A stretch of DNA of 64,000 bases from an uncultured bacterium (GCA_903832855.1 CAILDB010000012.1:4368-68367), one strand, 5' to 3'. Positions 19,548-29,459 are shown, numbered from the stretch's first letter. Notes: generated from the sequence alone by a model not told the origin. Numbers and translations are program-made.

Positions 19548-20510
19548 AAAAATTTTAATGAATTATTTAATCTTGATAATATTTTATCTGCTTGGCAGAT
19601 ATTTCGGCGGGGAAAGACCAGTAAAATGGATGTAAAAGTGTTTGAAAGACATTTGGAAGATAATTTGTTTGATTTATATGAAGAACTGAAAAATAGTGAA
19701 TATATACATAGAGCATACAAGTTTTTTGTAGCATTTGATAGTAAGAAAAGGGATATTCATGTTGCGGAAATTAGAGATAGAATTGTTCATCGTTTGATTT
19801 ACGATTATTTAGTAGAGATGTATGAACCACTTTTTATATCCGATTCATATTCTTCTAGAATTGGTAGGGGGTCACATAAGGCGATAAAAACATTTAGATA
19901 TTTTGCAAAATTAGTCAGTGGAGAAAACCACGGGAGATGTTTCGTCTTGAAATGTGATATTCAAAAATTTTTTCAGAGTGTTGATTGTGACATCATCGTC
20001 CACTTATTGAAGCAAAAAATCACTGATGAAAAAATTTTGAAAATAATGGAAGAAGTTGTCAATAGTTTTAAAGAAGGCATTCCGCTTGGTAATGTTACCA
20101 GTCAAATTTTTGCAAATATTTATTTGAATGATTTTGATTTTTTTGTAAAAAATATCCTAAAGGTTAGATACTATGTTCGCTACAATGATGATTTCGTGAT
20201 TTTAGATAATAACCCAGAACGACTGAGCCTTTTATTAGAAAAAATTAGGGATTATTTGGAAAAAGAAAGATTATTGAAAATACCGGAACATAAGGCAAGT
20301 ATCAGGAAGCTGCAGTGGGGAATTGACTTTCTTGGCTACACTATTTTACCAAATGCTGTCCTACTTAGAAATAAAACAAAAGCAAAAATGTTTTCTCGTG
20401 CAAACGAGAAAAACATAGATTCTTACCTTGGATTACTGAAGCATTGTAATTCGTTTAATCTGCGTCAAAAGCTCATCTTTTGGGTAAATAATAGGGTGTC
20501 ACAACTTTGA
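19533..20510 (+). CDS. DGR reverse transcriptase
   Basis: RDRIVH, LKCDIQKFF, GIPLGNVTSQIFANIYL (DGR-type SQ), RYNDD, GIDFLGY. 325 aa, no maturase or endonuclease domain. Confidence 0.95.
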   Translation: MIIFHKNFNELFNLDNILSAWQIFRRGKTSKMDVKVFERHLEDNLFDLYEELKNSEYIHRAYKFFVAFDSKKRDIHVAEIRDRIVHRLIYDYLVEMYEPLFISDSYSSRIGRGSHKAIKTFRYFAKLVSGENHGRCFVLKCDIQKFFQSVDCDIIVHLLKQKITDEKILKIMEEVVNSFKEGIPLGNVTSQIFANIYLNDFDFFVKNILKVRYYVRYNDDFVILDNNPERLSLLLEKIRDYLEKERLLKIPEHKASIRKLQWGIDFLGYTILPNAVLLRNKTKAKMFSRANEKNIDSYLGLLKHCNSFNLRQKLIFWVNNRVSQL

Positions 20511-20546
20511 GTTGTTTGATTTGCGATTATTTGTTATTATTTATAC

Positions 20547-21650
20547 ATGGAAAGCTTTGAGGCACTTATACCAAAATTTAGAAAAGCTAAGGCGGAAAAA
20601 GCAGAGACCGCGGAAACTAAGACCGAGGGACTTTTAGTTGAAGAAAAAACCGAATTATTGAGTCAATTAGAAGATCATATACAAAGAGTCAGTACTGAGA
20701 GAGAAAATTTGGAAGCAGAATTAGAAAAAGCCAGGAAATCTGGCAATTTTTCCAAATTTAATAAATTGCAAGAAACCGTCAAAAGTGAAATATCTAAAGC
20801 AGAAGGAATTCAAAGAAAGATTGAGGGTAGGACGACCAGTTCAGAAATTTCCGGTGTTTATTCTTCCATAGATGCTGGAGGTAAAGAAAAAATTGAAGCT
20901 ATTTTATTAAGCTTTGAAGCAGAACTCACTACATGGACTGATTTTTATACTAAACACGGTATTGAGTTACCTGCAGATTTTGCTGAACAGATGCAAGACA
21001 TATGGAATAGAAATGCAGATGTGATGACAGAAGCAATAACAGAAAAGGGATTTGACCGAGCTATATTTATTCCAGAAATAGTTGACGGTGTAGATTTAAA
21101 AAAGATTGAAGAAGAAATGACTAAGAGTTACAAGGAAGAAGCCAAAAAGGCTGGGTTACCTGAGAATGATACTTATTTAGGTATTGATATTAAAAAGGTG
21201 GTCAATTCCAGGACGGGTAGTCGCATAATTCTTATTCATTCTGCTCCAGACTTGACGGCTCAACCAGAACTTTTGAAAACTTTGGATAAAAAATATGGAG
21301 GGGAGAAAACTGATGGTGTAGACAATAAAGCCGAGGATTTCATTAAGGCGGGTGAAGAACTCACTTTGTCTGAGTGGTTTATCTTTCAGAGAGAAATTTG
21401 GGAAAAGACTGGTGTTCATCTTGATGGCAAGAAGGGGTCCGATGGCTATGTCAAACCTACTTGGTGTGGAGGGTCACGGATGGGTTCGGGAGTCGGTTCC
21501 CATGTCGTTCGTGCCTGCTGGTATCCTGTTTTTGCCGGGGTGGATGTGGTTCCCATTCGCCTGTCTATTCCGTTTCTAGGTTTGGTTGCCGGCTCTCCCG
21601 CTGTTTCCAATAAGTTAGCTTTTAACTTTTATTATTTTAAATTATTTTAA
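20547..21650 (+). CDS. DGR target 2 (coiled-coil N-terminus plus CLec-like domain), frameshifted inside its VR
   Basis: Homologous to target 1. VR2 has a 1-nt deletion relative to the TR, so the expected CRLSRCFQ-stop (TAA 21611-21613) is out of frame. Confidence 0.85.
   Translation: MESFEALIPKFRKAKAEKAETAETKTEGLLVEEKTELLSQLEDHIQRVSTERENLEAELEKARKSGNFSKFNKLQETVKSEISKAEGIQRKIEGRTTSSEISGVYSSIDAGGKEKIEAILLSFEAELTTWTDFYTKHGIELPADFAEQMQDIWNRNADVMTEAITEKGFDRAIFIPEIVDGVDLKKIEEEMTKSYKEEAKKAGLPENDTYLGIDIKKVVNSRTGSRIILIHSAPDLTAQPELLKTLDKKYGGEKTDGVDNKAEDFIKAGEELTLSEWFIFQREIWEKTGVHLDGKKGSDGYVKPTWCGGSRMGSGVGSHVVRACWYPVFAGVDVVPIRLSIPFLGLVAGSPAVSNKLAFNFYYFKLF
21490..21607 (+). repeat. DGR variable repeat VR2
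   Basis: Aligns to the TR with 17 substitutions at adenines, 3 at non-A positions and one deleted adenine. Confidence 0.93.
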
Positions 21651-21667
21651 TTTTTTCTTTTCCCCTT

Positions 21668-21728
21668 TGTCATTCCTGCGTAGGCAGGAATCCATCCCTT
21701 CTGTCATCCCAGCGGATGCTGGGATCCA
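21668..21728. repeat. Tandem pair of REP-like palindromes
   Basis: TGTCATTCCTGCGTAGGCAGGAATCCA plus TGTCATCCCAGCGGATGCTGGGATCCA. Confidence 0.85.
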
Positions 21729-21755
21729 GTATTTAATTTATGAAATCATATCTAT

Positions 21756-21773
21756 GGCAAGGTCTGACCTTGT
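21756..21773. repeat. CAAGGTCnGACCTTG palindrome
   Basis: GGCAAGGTCTGACCTTGT. Confidence 0.65.
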
Positions 21774-22034
21774 CAAAGGTAGTTATCCACACTTGACCAC
21801 ATAGCGGATGTTGACATATTTTGTGCTTTCGTGTAGGATGTCTCTAGCTTAAAGGAGAATGAGTTGCGGATGGGAGCTTGTTGTAAGTGGATTAAATATC
21901 TTGCTTAGAATAATCCAATAATAAAAAAGATAAAAAAATATACACCTTTGAATGGGAGGGGTGCTTTTTTGTCTTCTTTTTGTTATTTGATGATTCTAAG
22001 GGTCATTTATTAAGCGTTAATTATTTTTATTAAT

Positions 22035-25000
22035 ATGAAACAAGCTTCTTTTGTAACCGGCGGTAAGACACAGAAAAAATATTTCGGAAAATTCAGAAAA
22101 CCTTTGGTTGATACTCCCAATCTTGTGGAGCACCAGCTCATTTCATACGCAAACTTTCTTGAGACAGGTCTTCCTGATGTGCTCAAAGAATTTTCTCCTA
22201 TCAAGGACTATGCTGACAAAAAGTTTGAGCTATCTTTCACCGGTTTTGAAATTGAGCAACCGAAGTATGATGAATATCATGCAAAAGACAAAAAGATTTC
22301 TTACGAAGGATCACTAAAAGTAAAAGTTAGTTTAAAAAATAAAACTCTAGGCACTGTAAAAGAACAAGAAATATTTTTGACAGAAATTCCTATGATGACA
22401 GGCCATGGTACTTTTATTGTAAATGGAATTGAAAGAGTCATCGTCCCACAGCTTGCTCGTTCATACGGTATTTTCTTTACAACAAATGAAAGTAAAGGCA
22501 AAAGTTATTTTGGTGCAAAAGTCATTCCAGCAAGAGGTGCTTGGATAGAAATTGAGTCGGATGCAGATGGCGCAATTTATGTAAAAATAGATAAAAAAAG
22601 AAAATTCCCAATTCCTTCTCTCCTTCGTGTTCTTGGCGTTAAGACAGACAAGGAAATGCTCGACCTTTTTGCGGGTGATGAAGAGACAAAGAAAGTAATA
22701 GAGACATCTTTGACGAAAGATCACGCCAAAACTCAAGACGAATCATATGTGGAAATTTATAAAAGACTTCGAGATGGCGACCTCGCTGCAGTAGACAACG
22801 CAAAAGGTTTTATTAATTCTATTTTTAATGTTGAGAGATATGATATTTCAAAAGTAGGAAGATTCAAATTCAATAAGAGATTCAGTAAACCGATGGACGA
22901 AAAGTCTCTTGAGCAGAAAGCTCTTACAATAGATGACTTGGTTACTTCCATCAAATACATCACAGCGCAAAATAATGACCCCGAGGCTATCGAGGACGAT
23001 ATTGACCATTTAGGTTCTCGCAGAGTCAGATTTGTAGGTGAGCTTCTTCAGGCAAAAGTGAGAGTCGGTATGACTCAGATGAAGAGAAATATTCAGGACA
23101 GAATGTCTACTATTGATCCGGATATTTCTATGCCTGTTCAATTTATTTCTCCTCGACCTCTTCAGGCGAGAATAAAAGAATTTTTTGCCACAAACCAGCT
23201 CTCTCAATTTATGCAACAAGAAAATATTTTGCAGGAGATTGAGCAGTTGAGAACTCTTTCGGCTCTTGGCCCAGGAGGACTGACTCGCGAACGCGCAGGA
23301 TTTGAAGTGCGTGATGTTCATTCATCTCACTATGGTAGAGTTTGTCCCGTTCATACACCAGAAGGTCAGAACATTGGTCTTATTTTGCGTTTATCTATTT
23401 ATGCCAGAGTCAATGAATTTGGAATGATTGAAACCCCTTATGCCAAAGTCAAAAATGGAGTTATTACAGAAGAGATAAAATATTTTAATGCGCTTGAGGA
23501 AGAAAATTTTAAAATTGCTCACGCTGCGCAGGAGTATGATGAAAAAGGAAAGATCACAAATCATGAAGTGGAAGTTCGTTTGAACGGAAAACCACAGATT
23601 TGTAAAAGAGAAGAAGTGGACTATATAGATGTTGCTACAAACCAAGCATTTTCTATTGCACCTTCTATGATTCCTTTCTTAAATCACGATGATGCAAACA
23701 GAGCTCTTATGGGTTGTAACATGCAAAAGCAAGCAGTACCTTGTATTATTCCTGAGGCACCACTTGTGGCTACGGGTATTGAGGGTGATGCTGCAAGATA
23801 CACAGGAAGAATTATTTATGCAGAAGAAGAAGGTAATGTAACTCATGTCGATGCAAATAGAATTGTATTAAAAAATAGTAAAGGAAAAGAGAAAGAATAC
23901 AAGCTTGTAACTTTTTCAAAGACAAACAGTTTGACTGCTTTTCATCAGAGACCGATGGTATCTCTCGGAGAAAAGGTTAAAAAAGGAGCGCTTCTTGCCG
24001 ATACTTCTTCTTCTGTAAATGGAGAAATAGCTGTCGGTCAAAACGGTCTCGTTGCCTTTATGACTTGGTCTGGTGCAAACTATGAGGACGCTATCATCCT
24101 TTCGGAGAGGATTGTAAAAAACAGTAAATTCACATCCGTGCACATTGAAGAATTTATTGTAAGTGTTCGTGATACTAAGCTCGGTCCAGAAATTACCACT
24201 CACGATATTCCAAATGTTGGCGAGACCAAATTAAAAAATCTTGACGAAGACGGAATCATCCGTGTAGGTGCTGAAGTGATGCCGGGAGATATCCTCGTCG
24301 GTAAAATTACTCCAAAAGGTGAGACACAGCTAACTCCAGAAGAGAGACTACTCAGATCAATTTTCGGAGAAAAAGCTAGAGATGTAAAAGACACTTCAAA
24401 GAGACTTGAAGGAGGAAAGAGGGGAAGAATTATTTCTGTAAAAATCTTTTCAAGAGAAAGCGGAGACAAACTTGAATCAGGAATTATAAAAAGAATTCAC
24501 ATTGAAGTCGCACAAGTCAGAAATGTTTCTATCGGTGACAAGCTTGCCGGAAGACACGGAAATAAAGGTGTTATTTCAAAAATTCTTCCGGAAGAAGATA
24601 TGCCATATATGGAAGATGGAACTCCAATTGATATTATTCTTACACCACTTGGTGTTCCTTCTCGTATGAACCTCGGACAAATTCTCGAGGTGCATCTTGG
24701 ACTTGCAGCAAATACTTTGAACTATCAGGCCATCGTTCCGCCTTTTGCGGGAGCCACAGATGCGGAAATTAAAGAGGAACTCATAAAAGCTGGATTCAAA
24801 CACAACGGCAAGATGAAACTTTTTGATGGAAGAACAGGGGAGTCATTTGAACAGGAAATTGCTGTCGGTTATATGTATATTTTGAAGCTTCACCATGAAG
24901 TTGAAGACAAGATTCACATGAGATCTATTGGTCCATACTCAATGATTACGCAACAGCCACTCGGAGGAAGATCACAAGGAGGAGGTCAGAGATTTGGAGA

Positions 25001-25229
25001 AATGGAGGTCTGGGCACTGCTTGGATATGGAGCTGCATACACACTTCGTGAAATGCTTACAATTAAATCAGACGATATTGTCGGAAGGTCTGCTGCATTT
25101 GATTCAATTGTAAAAGGTGAGCGTTTGAAACAGCCAGGGATTCCAGCTTCGTTTAATGTCCTTCTAAATAGTCTTAAAGGTCTTGCTCTTGACATTGAGC
25201 TTAAAAAAGAAGATGGGGATTTTGTATAA
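22035..25229 (+). CDS. rpoB: RNA polymerase beta subunit
   Basis: DIDHLG, VHSSHYGR, GDKLAGRHGNKG, GGQRFGEME. Confidence 0.99.
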   Translation: MKQASFVTGGKTQKKYFGKFRKPLVDTPNLVEHQLISYANFLETGLPDVLKEFSPIKDYADKKFELSFTGFEIEQPKYDEYHAKDKKISYEGSLKVKVSLKNKTLGTVKEQEIFLTEIPMMTGHGTFIVNGIERVIVPQLARSYGIFFTTNESKGKSYFGAKVIPARGAWIEIESDADGAIYVKIDKKRKFPIPSLLRVLGVKTDKEMLDLFAGDEETKKVIETSLTKDHAKTQDESYVEIYKRLRDGDLAAVDNAKGFINSIFNVERYDISKVGRFKFNKRFSKPMDEKSLEQKALTIDDLVTSIKYITAQNNDPEAIEDDIDHLGSRRVRFVGELLQAKVRVGMTQMKRNIQDRMSTIDPDISMPVQFISPRPLQARIKEFFATNQLSQFMQQENILQEIEQLRTLSALGPGGLTRERAGFEVRDVHSSHYGRVCPVHTPEGQNIGLILRLSIYARVNEFGMIETPYAKVKNGVITEEIKYFNALEEENFKIAHAAQEYDEKGKITNHEVEVRLNGKPQICKREEVDYIDVATNQAFSIAPSMIPFLNHDDANRALMGCNMQKQAVPCIIPEAPLVATGIEGDAARYTGRIIYAEEEGNVTHVDANRIVLKNSKGKEKEYKLVTFSKTNSLTAFHQRPMVSLGEKVKKGALLADTSSSVNGEIAVGQNGLVAFMTWSGANYEDAIILSERIVKNSKFTSVHIEEFIVSVRDTKLGPEITTHDIPNVGETKLKNLDEDGIIRVGAEVMPGDILVGKITPKGETQLTPEERLLRSIFGEKARDVKDTSKRLEGGKRGRIISVKIFSRESGDKLESGIIKRIHIEVAQVRNVSIGDKLAGRHGNKGVISKILPEEDMPYMEDGTPIDIILTPLGVPSRMNLGQILEVHLGLAANTLNYQAIVPPFAGATDAEIKEELIKAGFKHNGKMKLFDGRTGESFEQEIAVGYMYILKLHHEVEDKIHMRSIGPYSMITQQPLGGRSQGGGQRFGEMEVWALLGYGAAYTLREMLTIKSDDIVGRSAAFDSIVKGERLKQPGIPASFNVLLNSLKGLALDIELKKEDGDFV

Positions 25230-25258
25230 AAACTAATTAAAATCATTAAATAAAAAAC

Positions 25259-28200
25259 ATGAATTATAAAAATAACAAACAAAGTGTAAATGATTTCAAT
25301 GCGGTTTCTATCAAAGTCGCATCACCAGAAAAAATAAAAGGCTGGTCTTTCGGAGAAGTTACAAAACCAGAGACAATCAACTACAGAACTCAAAGAAGTG
25401 AAAGAGGCGGTCTTTTTGATGAAAAAATATTCGGTCCAGACAAGGATTATGAATGTTATTGCGGAAAATACAGAGGCATCAGATATAAAGGAATTGTCTG
25501 TGAAAAATGCGGAGTGGAAATCACAAGGTCAATAGTGAGAAGAGAAAGAATGGGACATATTGAGCTTGCTACACCGGTATCACACATCTGGTTTTTGAGA
25601 GGAACACCATCTCGTCTCGGTATGATTTTGGGTATGGGAATGAATGATTTGGAAAAAGTCATTTATTTTGCTGGATATATCGTCACGAAAACAATTCAAG
25701 CCGAAAAAGAGAGAATTTTGAGAGAAATTGAATCGGAATTTAAATCAAAAGTGAAAGCTGTCAGTGATGAGAAGACAAAAGAGGCTATCAAGGAACTTGC
25801 AGTAAATGCCAAAAAAGAAGTGGAAAGTATTCAAGAGGGTTTTGTTTTAGACGAGGTGATGTTCCATAAATTCTCTATGAAATACGGAACGATGTTTGAA
25901 GCGGGAATTGGGGGAGAAGCAATTTATGAAATATTGAGAAAAGTTGACTTGAAGGCTCTTGAAAAACAAACAGTGGTGGCTTTGGAAACTTCCAACACAA
26001 TTGATTCTGAAAAATTAAATAAAAGATTGGCTCTGATTAAGTCAATGATAATTTCTGGCGTAAGACCAGAATGGATGTTTTTGACTACTATTCCTGTCAT
26101 CCCACCAGCACTTCGTCCGATGGTTCCTCTTGATGGAGGAAGATTTGCGACTTCAGATGTAAATGATTTGTACAGAAGAATTATAAACAGAAATAATCGA
26201 CTTCTTAAACTCAAAGAAATTCACGCTCCGGATGTTATTTTGAGAAATGAAAAAAGAATTTTACAGGAGGCAGTGGATGCTCTCATAGATAATTCTATCA
26301 GACACGGTAACTCTGCATTGTCTGCGATGACTTCTGCACAAAAGAGACCTTTGAAATCTCTCGCAGATAACTTAAAAGGAAAAAGAGGAATATTTAGATT
26401 AAATCTTCTCGGTAAAAGAGTTGACTATTCTGCAAGGTCAGTCATTGTCGTTGGTCCAGAACTTCACCTTGATCAATGCGGTCTTCCAAAACATATGGCA
26501 CTCGAGCTTTTCAGACCATTTGTTATTTCAGAACTTTTGAAAAAAGAATTTGCTTTCAATATTCGTGGAGCAGGAAAGCTCATTGATGATGGTATTCCAG
26601 AAGTTTGGACAATCCTCGAAGAAGTGATTAAGGGTAAATATGTTCTATTAAACAGAGCACCTACTCTTCACCGACTTGGTATTCAGGCATTTAGACCTAT
26701 ACTTATTGAAGGAAATGCTATTCAGGTGCACCCACTTGTTTGTACTGCTTTCAACGCTGACTTTGATGGAGATACAATGTCCGTTCACTTGCCACTTGGC
26801 GAAGAGGCCCAAACAGAGGCGAGAGAAATGATGGCAGCAGATAAAAATATTTTGAAACCAGGGAATGGTGATCCGACTATCTCTGCAAAACTTCTAGACA
26901 TTGTTCTTGGATGTTATTGGATGACCAAAGTTGTCTCTGGCGAAAAAGGAGAAGGTAAATATTTCTCATCACCAAATTCTGCAATCACAGCATATGACTT
27001 CGGTGCAGTAAGTTTCAGAGCAAAAATAAAAGTTTTGCCTACAGAAAAAGAAAAGTATGCAGAGTTTGAAGGAAAGCCTTTTGAGACATCCGTCGGCAGA
27101 TTGCTTTTTAATAGTGCTTTGCCGAAAGATCATCCGTTTGTTAATAAGGAAATTGACAAAAAACAATTATCAAAAATTATTGATGAACTCATCAATAAAC
27201 ACGGTCCAAATAAAGTGGGTGAGATACTTGATAAAGTAAAAACATTTGGATTTAAATATGCAACTTATTCTGGTATTACTTGGGGACTTGATGATATTGC
27301 TGTGCCAAAGGAAAAAGAGGGAATTATTAAAATTGCAAAAGAAAGAAGTGAAGAGGTTTACGCACAATTTAATGATGGTTTGCTTGCCGAAGAGGAAAGA
27401 ATTAGAAAAAATATTGAAATCTGGCATGGAGCAAAAAGTGAACTTGAAAAAATTATTCCTGAGTCGCTTGATAAAAATGGTTCTGTCTATGATATGTGGA
27501 AATCAGGTGCGAGAGGTTCACTCGGATCACTTACACAGATGGTGGGTATGAAGGGTTTGATTCAAAATACCGCCGGAGATACAATTGAATTTCCTGTCAT
27601 AAGCTCCGCAAAAGAAGGACTTACTCCGATTGAATATTTCATTACTACTCACGGTTCTAGAAAAGGACTTTCGGACACAGCTCTCAATACTGCAAAAGCA
27701 GGATATCTTACAAGAAGGTTATTTGATGTTGCTCAAGATATTCTTATTAAAGAAGTTGATTGTGGAACAAAAGCTAGTATTTGTATTAGCAGAAATAGCG
27801 GACCAGAAGGTAGCTCATCAATTGCAAAAAATGTAAGAGGAAGATTTCTTGCACAAGAAGTTCTCGGGAAAGATGGAAAGGTTTTGTTTGAAAAAGGGCA
27901 TCTTGTTACAAAAGAGAATTCTCAAAAAATAGATAGCGAAGAAGTTGAAAAGGTCTTTGTAAGATCTCCTCTTACTTGTAAAACGCTTCACGGAATTTGT
28001 GTGAAATGCTATGGTATGGATCTCGGAAAAAGCGAAGTTATAGATATTGGTGAAGCGGTAGGAACAGTCGCCGCGCAAGCTATCGGTGAGCCGGGAACAC
28101 AGCTTACGATGAGAACATTCCATGCTGGAGGTACGGCTTCTGTCGGTGGAGATATTACTTCGGGTTTGCCTAGAGTTGAAGAAATTTTTGAAAAGAGAAG

Positions 28201-28945
28201 ACCAAAAAATCCTGCCGTAATTTCTACTGTAAATGGACTCGTATCTTCAGTAAAAGATTTCGGAAAAGAAAAAATAATTACGGTTATTCCAGAAATTGAA
28301 GATAAAGGTAAATCCAAAAAGTCAGGTGAATTAGAATTTGTATTTAATCCAAAAAGGGTTTCGCTTGTGAAAATGGGTGACAAGATTACAAAAGGTCAAT
28401 TTTTGACAGATGGTTCTGCTGATATTGATGAGATATTTGAGTTGTCGGGAAAAGAGGCCGCAATGAATTACATTATTTCAGAGGTCAGCAAGCCATATGA
28501 ACTTCAAGGTGAAGCGGTATCCAGAAAGCATATTGAAATTATCGTCAAACAAATGTTTTCAAAAATGATTGTTACGGATTCAGGTTCTTCTGAACTTACA
28601 AAAGGCGAGGTTATTGATGAGCTCGATTTGATTGAAGAAAATGATGCAATAGATATTAAAAAAGGAGAAAAGGTAAAAGTAGAGCCAGTGGTAATGGGAA
28701 TTACAGAATCAGCACTTTCAAGAAGAAGTTTCTTGTCTGCCGCTTCATTCCAACACACAGTCAGAGTTCTTATCAACGCTTCCGTAAAAGGAACTATAGA
28801 CAGACTCACGGGTCTCAAAGAAAATGTTATTATTGGTAGAGTTATTCCTGCAGGTACTGGTTTTGAAGGTAGCAAAAAATTCAATATCATAAAAGAAATT
28901 CACGATAAATATAGAAACGAAGACGAGAGAGACCGCGATAGATAG
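25259..28945 (+). CDS. rpoC: RNA polymerase beta' subunit
   Basis: KPETINYRT, zinc finger, NADFDGD, GEPGTQLTMRTFH. Confidence 0.99.
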   Translation: MNYKNNKQSVNDFNAVSIKVASPEKIKGWSFGEVTKPETINYRTQRSERGGLFDEKIFGPDKDYECYCGKYRGIRYKGIVCEKCGVEITRSIVRRERMGHIELATPVSHIWFLRGTPSRLGMILGMGMNDLEKVIYFAGYIVTKTIQAEKERILREIESEFKSKVKAVSDEKTKEAIKELAVNAKKEVESIQEGFVLDEVMFHKFSMKYGTMFEAGIGGEAIYEILRKVDLKALEKQTVVALETSNTIDSEKLNKRLALIKSMIISGVRPEWMFLTTIPVIPPALRPMVPLDGGRFATSDVNDLYRRIINRNNRLLKLKEIHAPDVILRNEKRILQEAVDALIDNSIRHGNSALSAMTSAQKRPLKSLADNLKGKRGIFRLNLLGKRVDYSARSVIVVGPELHLDQCGLPKHMALELFRPFVISELLKKEFAFNIRGAGKLIDDGIPEVWTILEEVIKGKYVLLNRAPTLHRLGIQAFRPILIEGNAIQVHPLVCTAFNADFDGDTMSVHLPLGEEAQTEAREMMAADKNILKPGNGDPTISAKLLDIVLGCYWMTKVVSGEKGEGKYFSSPNSAITAYDFGAVSFRAKIKVLPTEKEKYAEFEGKPFETSVGRLLFNSALPKDHPFVNKEIDKKQLSKIIDELINKHGPNKVGEILDKVKTFGFKYATYSGITWGLDDIAVPKEKEGIIKIAKERSEEVYAQFNDGLLAEEERIRKNIEIWHGAKSELEKIIPESLDKNGSVYDMWKSGARGSLGSLTQMVGMKGLIQNTAGDTIEFPVISSAKEGLTPIEYFITTHGSRKGLSDTALNTAKAGYLTRRLFDVAQDILIKEVDCGTKASICISRNSGPEGSSSIAKNVRGRFLAQEVLGKDGKVLFEKGHLVTKENSQKIDSEEVEKVFVRSPLTCKTLHGICVKCYGMDLGKSEVIDIGEAVGTVAAQAIGEPGTQLTMRTFHAGGTASVGGDITSGLPRVEEIFEKRRPKNPAVISTVNGLVSSVKDFGKEKIITVIPEIEDKGKSKKSGELEFVFNPKRVSLVKMGDKITKGQFLTDGSADIDEIFELSGKEAAMNYIISEVSKPYELQGEAVSRKHIEIIVKQMFSKMIVTDSGSSELTKGEVIDELDLIEENDAIDIKKGEKVKVEPVVMGITESALSRRSFLSAASFQHTVRVLINASVKGTIDRLTGLKENVIIGRVIPAGTGFEGSKKFNIIKEIHDKYRNEDERDRDR

Positions 28946-28953
28946 TGCTTGTC

Positions 28954-29020
28954 TGTCATCCCGGCGAAGGCCGGGATCCATCCCTTCTGTCTTTGCGAGG
29001 GTTTTCCCGAAGCAATCCAG
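28954..29020. repeat. REP-like palindrome followed by a second-type REP (TGTCTTTGCGAG..GAAGCAATCC)
   Basis: Direct match to other copies, immediately after the rpoC stop. Confidence 0.8.
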
Positions 29021-29105
29021 TTCTTCAAAATTTGTTTATTAATTTATTAATCTAATTAAGCCGAATTTTTTGGCAACCAAAAAATTCGGCCAAACAAAAA
29101 ACTTG

Positions 29106-29207
29106 TCCCGTTAGAAATTCTGAGTAGTCAGATATAAAACAGGACAATATATACAATGCACAATATTGGAAAAGAAAGAATTGTGGAGAGTAAAATTTCT
29201 AATGGGA
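29106..29207. repeat. Inverted-repeat element (TCCCGTTAGAAATT ... AATTTCTAATGGGA) abutting a start codon
   Basis: 14-bp arms with one mismatch. The right arm runs into ATG 29207. Confidence 0.6.
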
Positions 29208-29458
29208 TGAATTCTCAAAAAGGTTTTGTTCTCCCACTCATAATCGCTATCATTGTCATTTTGGCAATTGCTGGTGGTGTTTTTATCTATCAGAAAAAGG
29301 CTGTAGCTCCTGTCATAAATACTATCGCGACCTCAACTGCAACTCCCACAATAATTGGTGGTGACCGTGACATTCACGGCTGTCTTGGTCCAGCGGGCTA
29401 TTCATGGTGCGCGGTGAAAAACAAATGTCTGCGTGTTTGGGAAGAAAAATGTGAATAA
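29207..29458 (+). CDS. Small membrane-anchored protein with a Cys-rich GGDRD-HGC-AGYSWC domain
   Basis: KGF plus hydrophobic N-terminus, Thr linker, four-Cys motif. Confidence 0.7.
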   Translation: MNSQKGFVLPLIIAIIVILAIAGGVFIYQKKAVAPVINTIATSTATPTIIGGDRDIHGCLGPAGYSWCAVKNKCLRVWEEKCE

Positions 29459-29459
29459 A

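Larger units (their letters stand above)
15871..21650 (+). mobile_element. Diversity-generating retroelement locus with two cognate targets
   Basis: Order: target1(VR1), TA pair, TR, avd(-), RT, target2(VR2). Confidence 0.92.

Noticed and set aside
19533-20510. RT as a group II intron, retron or Abi RT
   Set aside because: It is short, has no maturase domain, carries the DGR-type SQ motif, and comes with an adenine-specific TR/VR pair and Avd.
21783-21791. DnaA box TTATCCACA upstream of rpoB (another near 58228) as a replication origin
   Set aside because: These are single isolated boxes with no cluster and no dnaA/dnaN nearby.
22108-28890. Many short overlapping or antisense ORFs within rpoB/rpoC and other long genes
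   Set aside because: Shadow ORFs with no motifs or independent expression signals.
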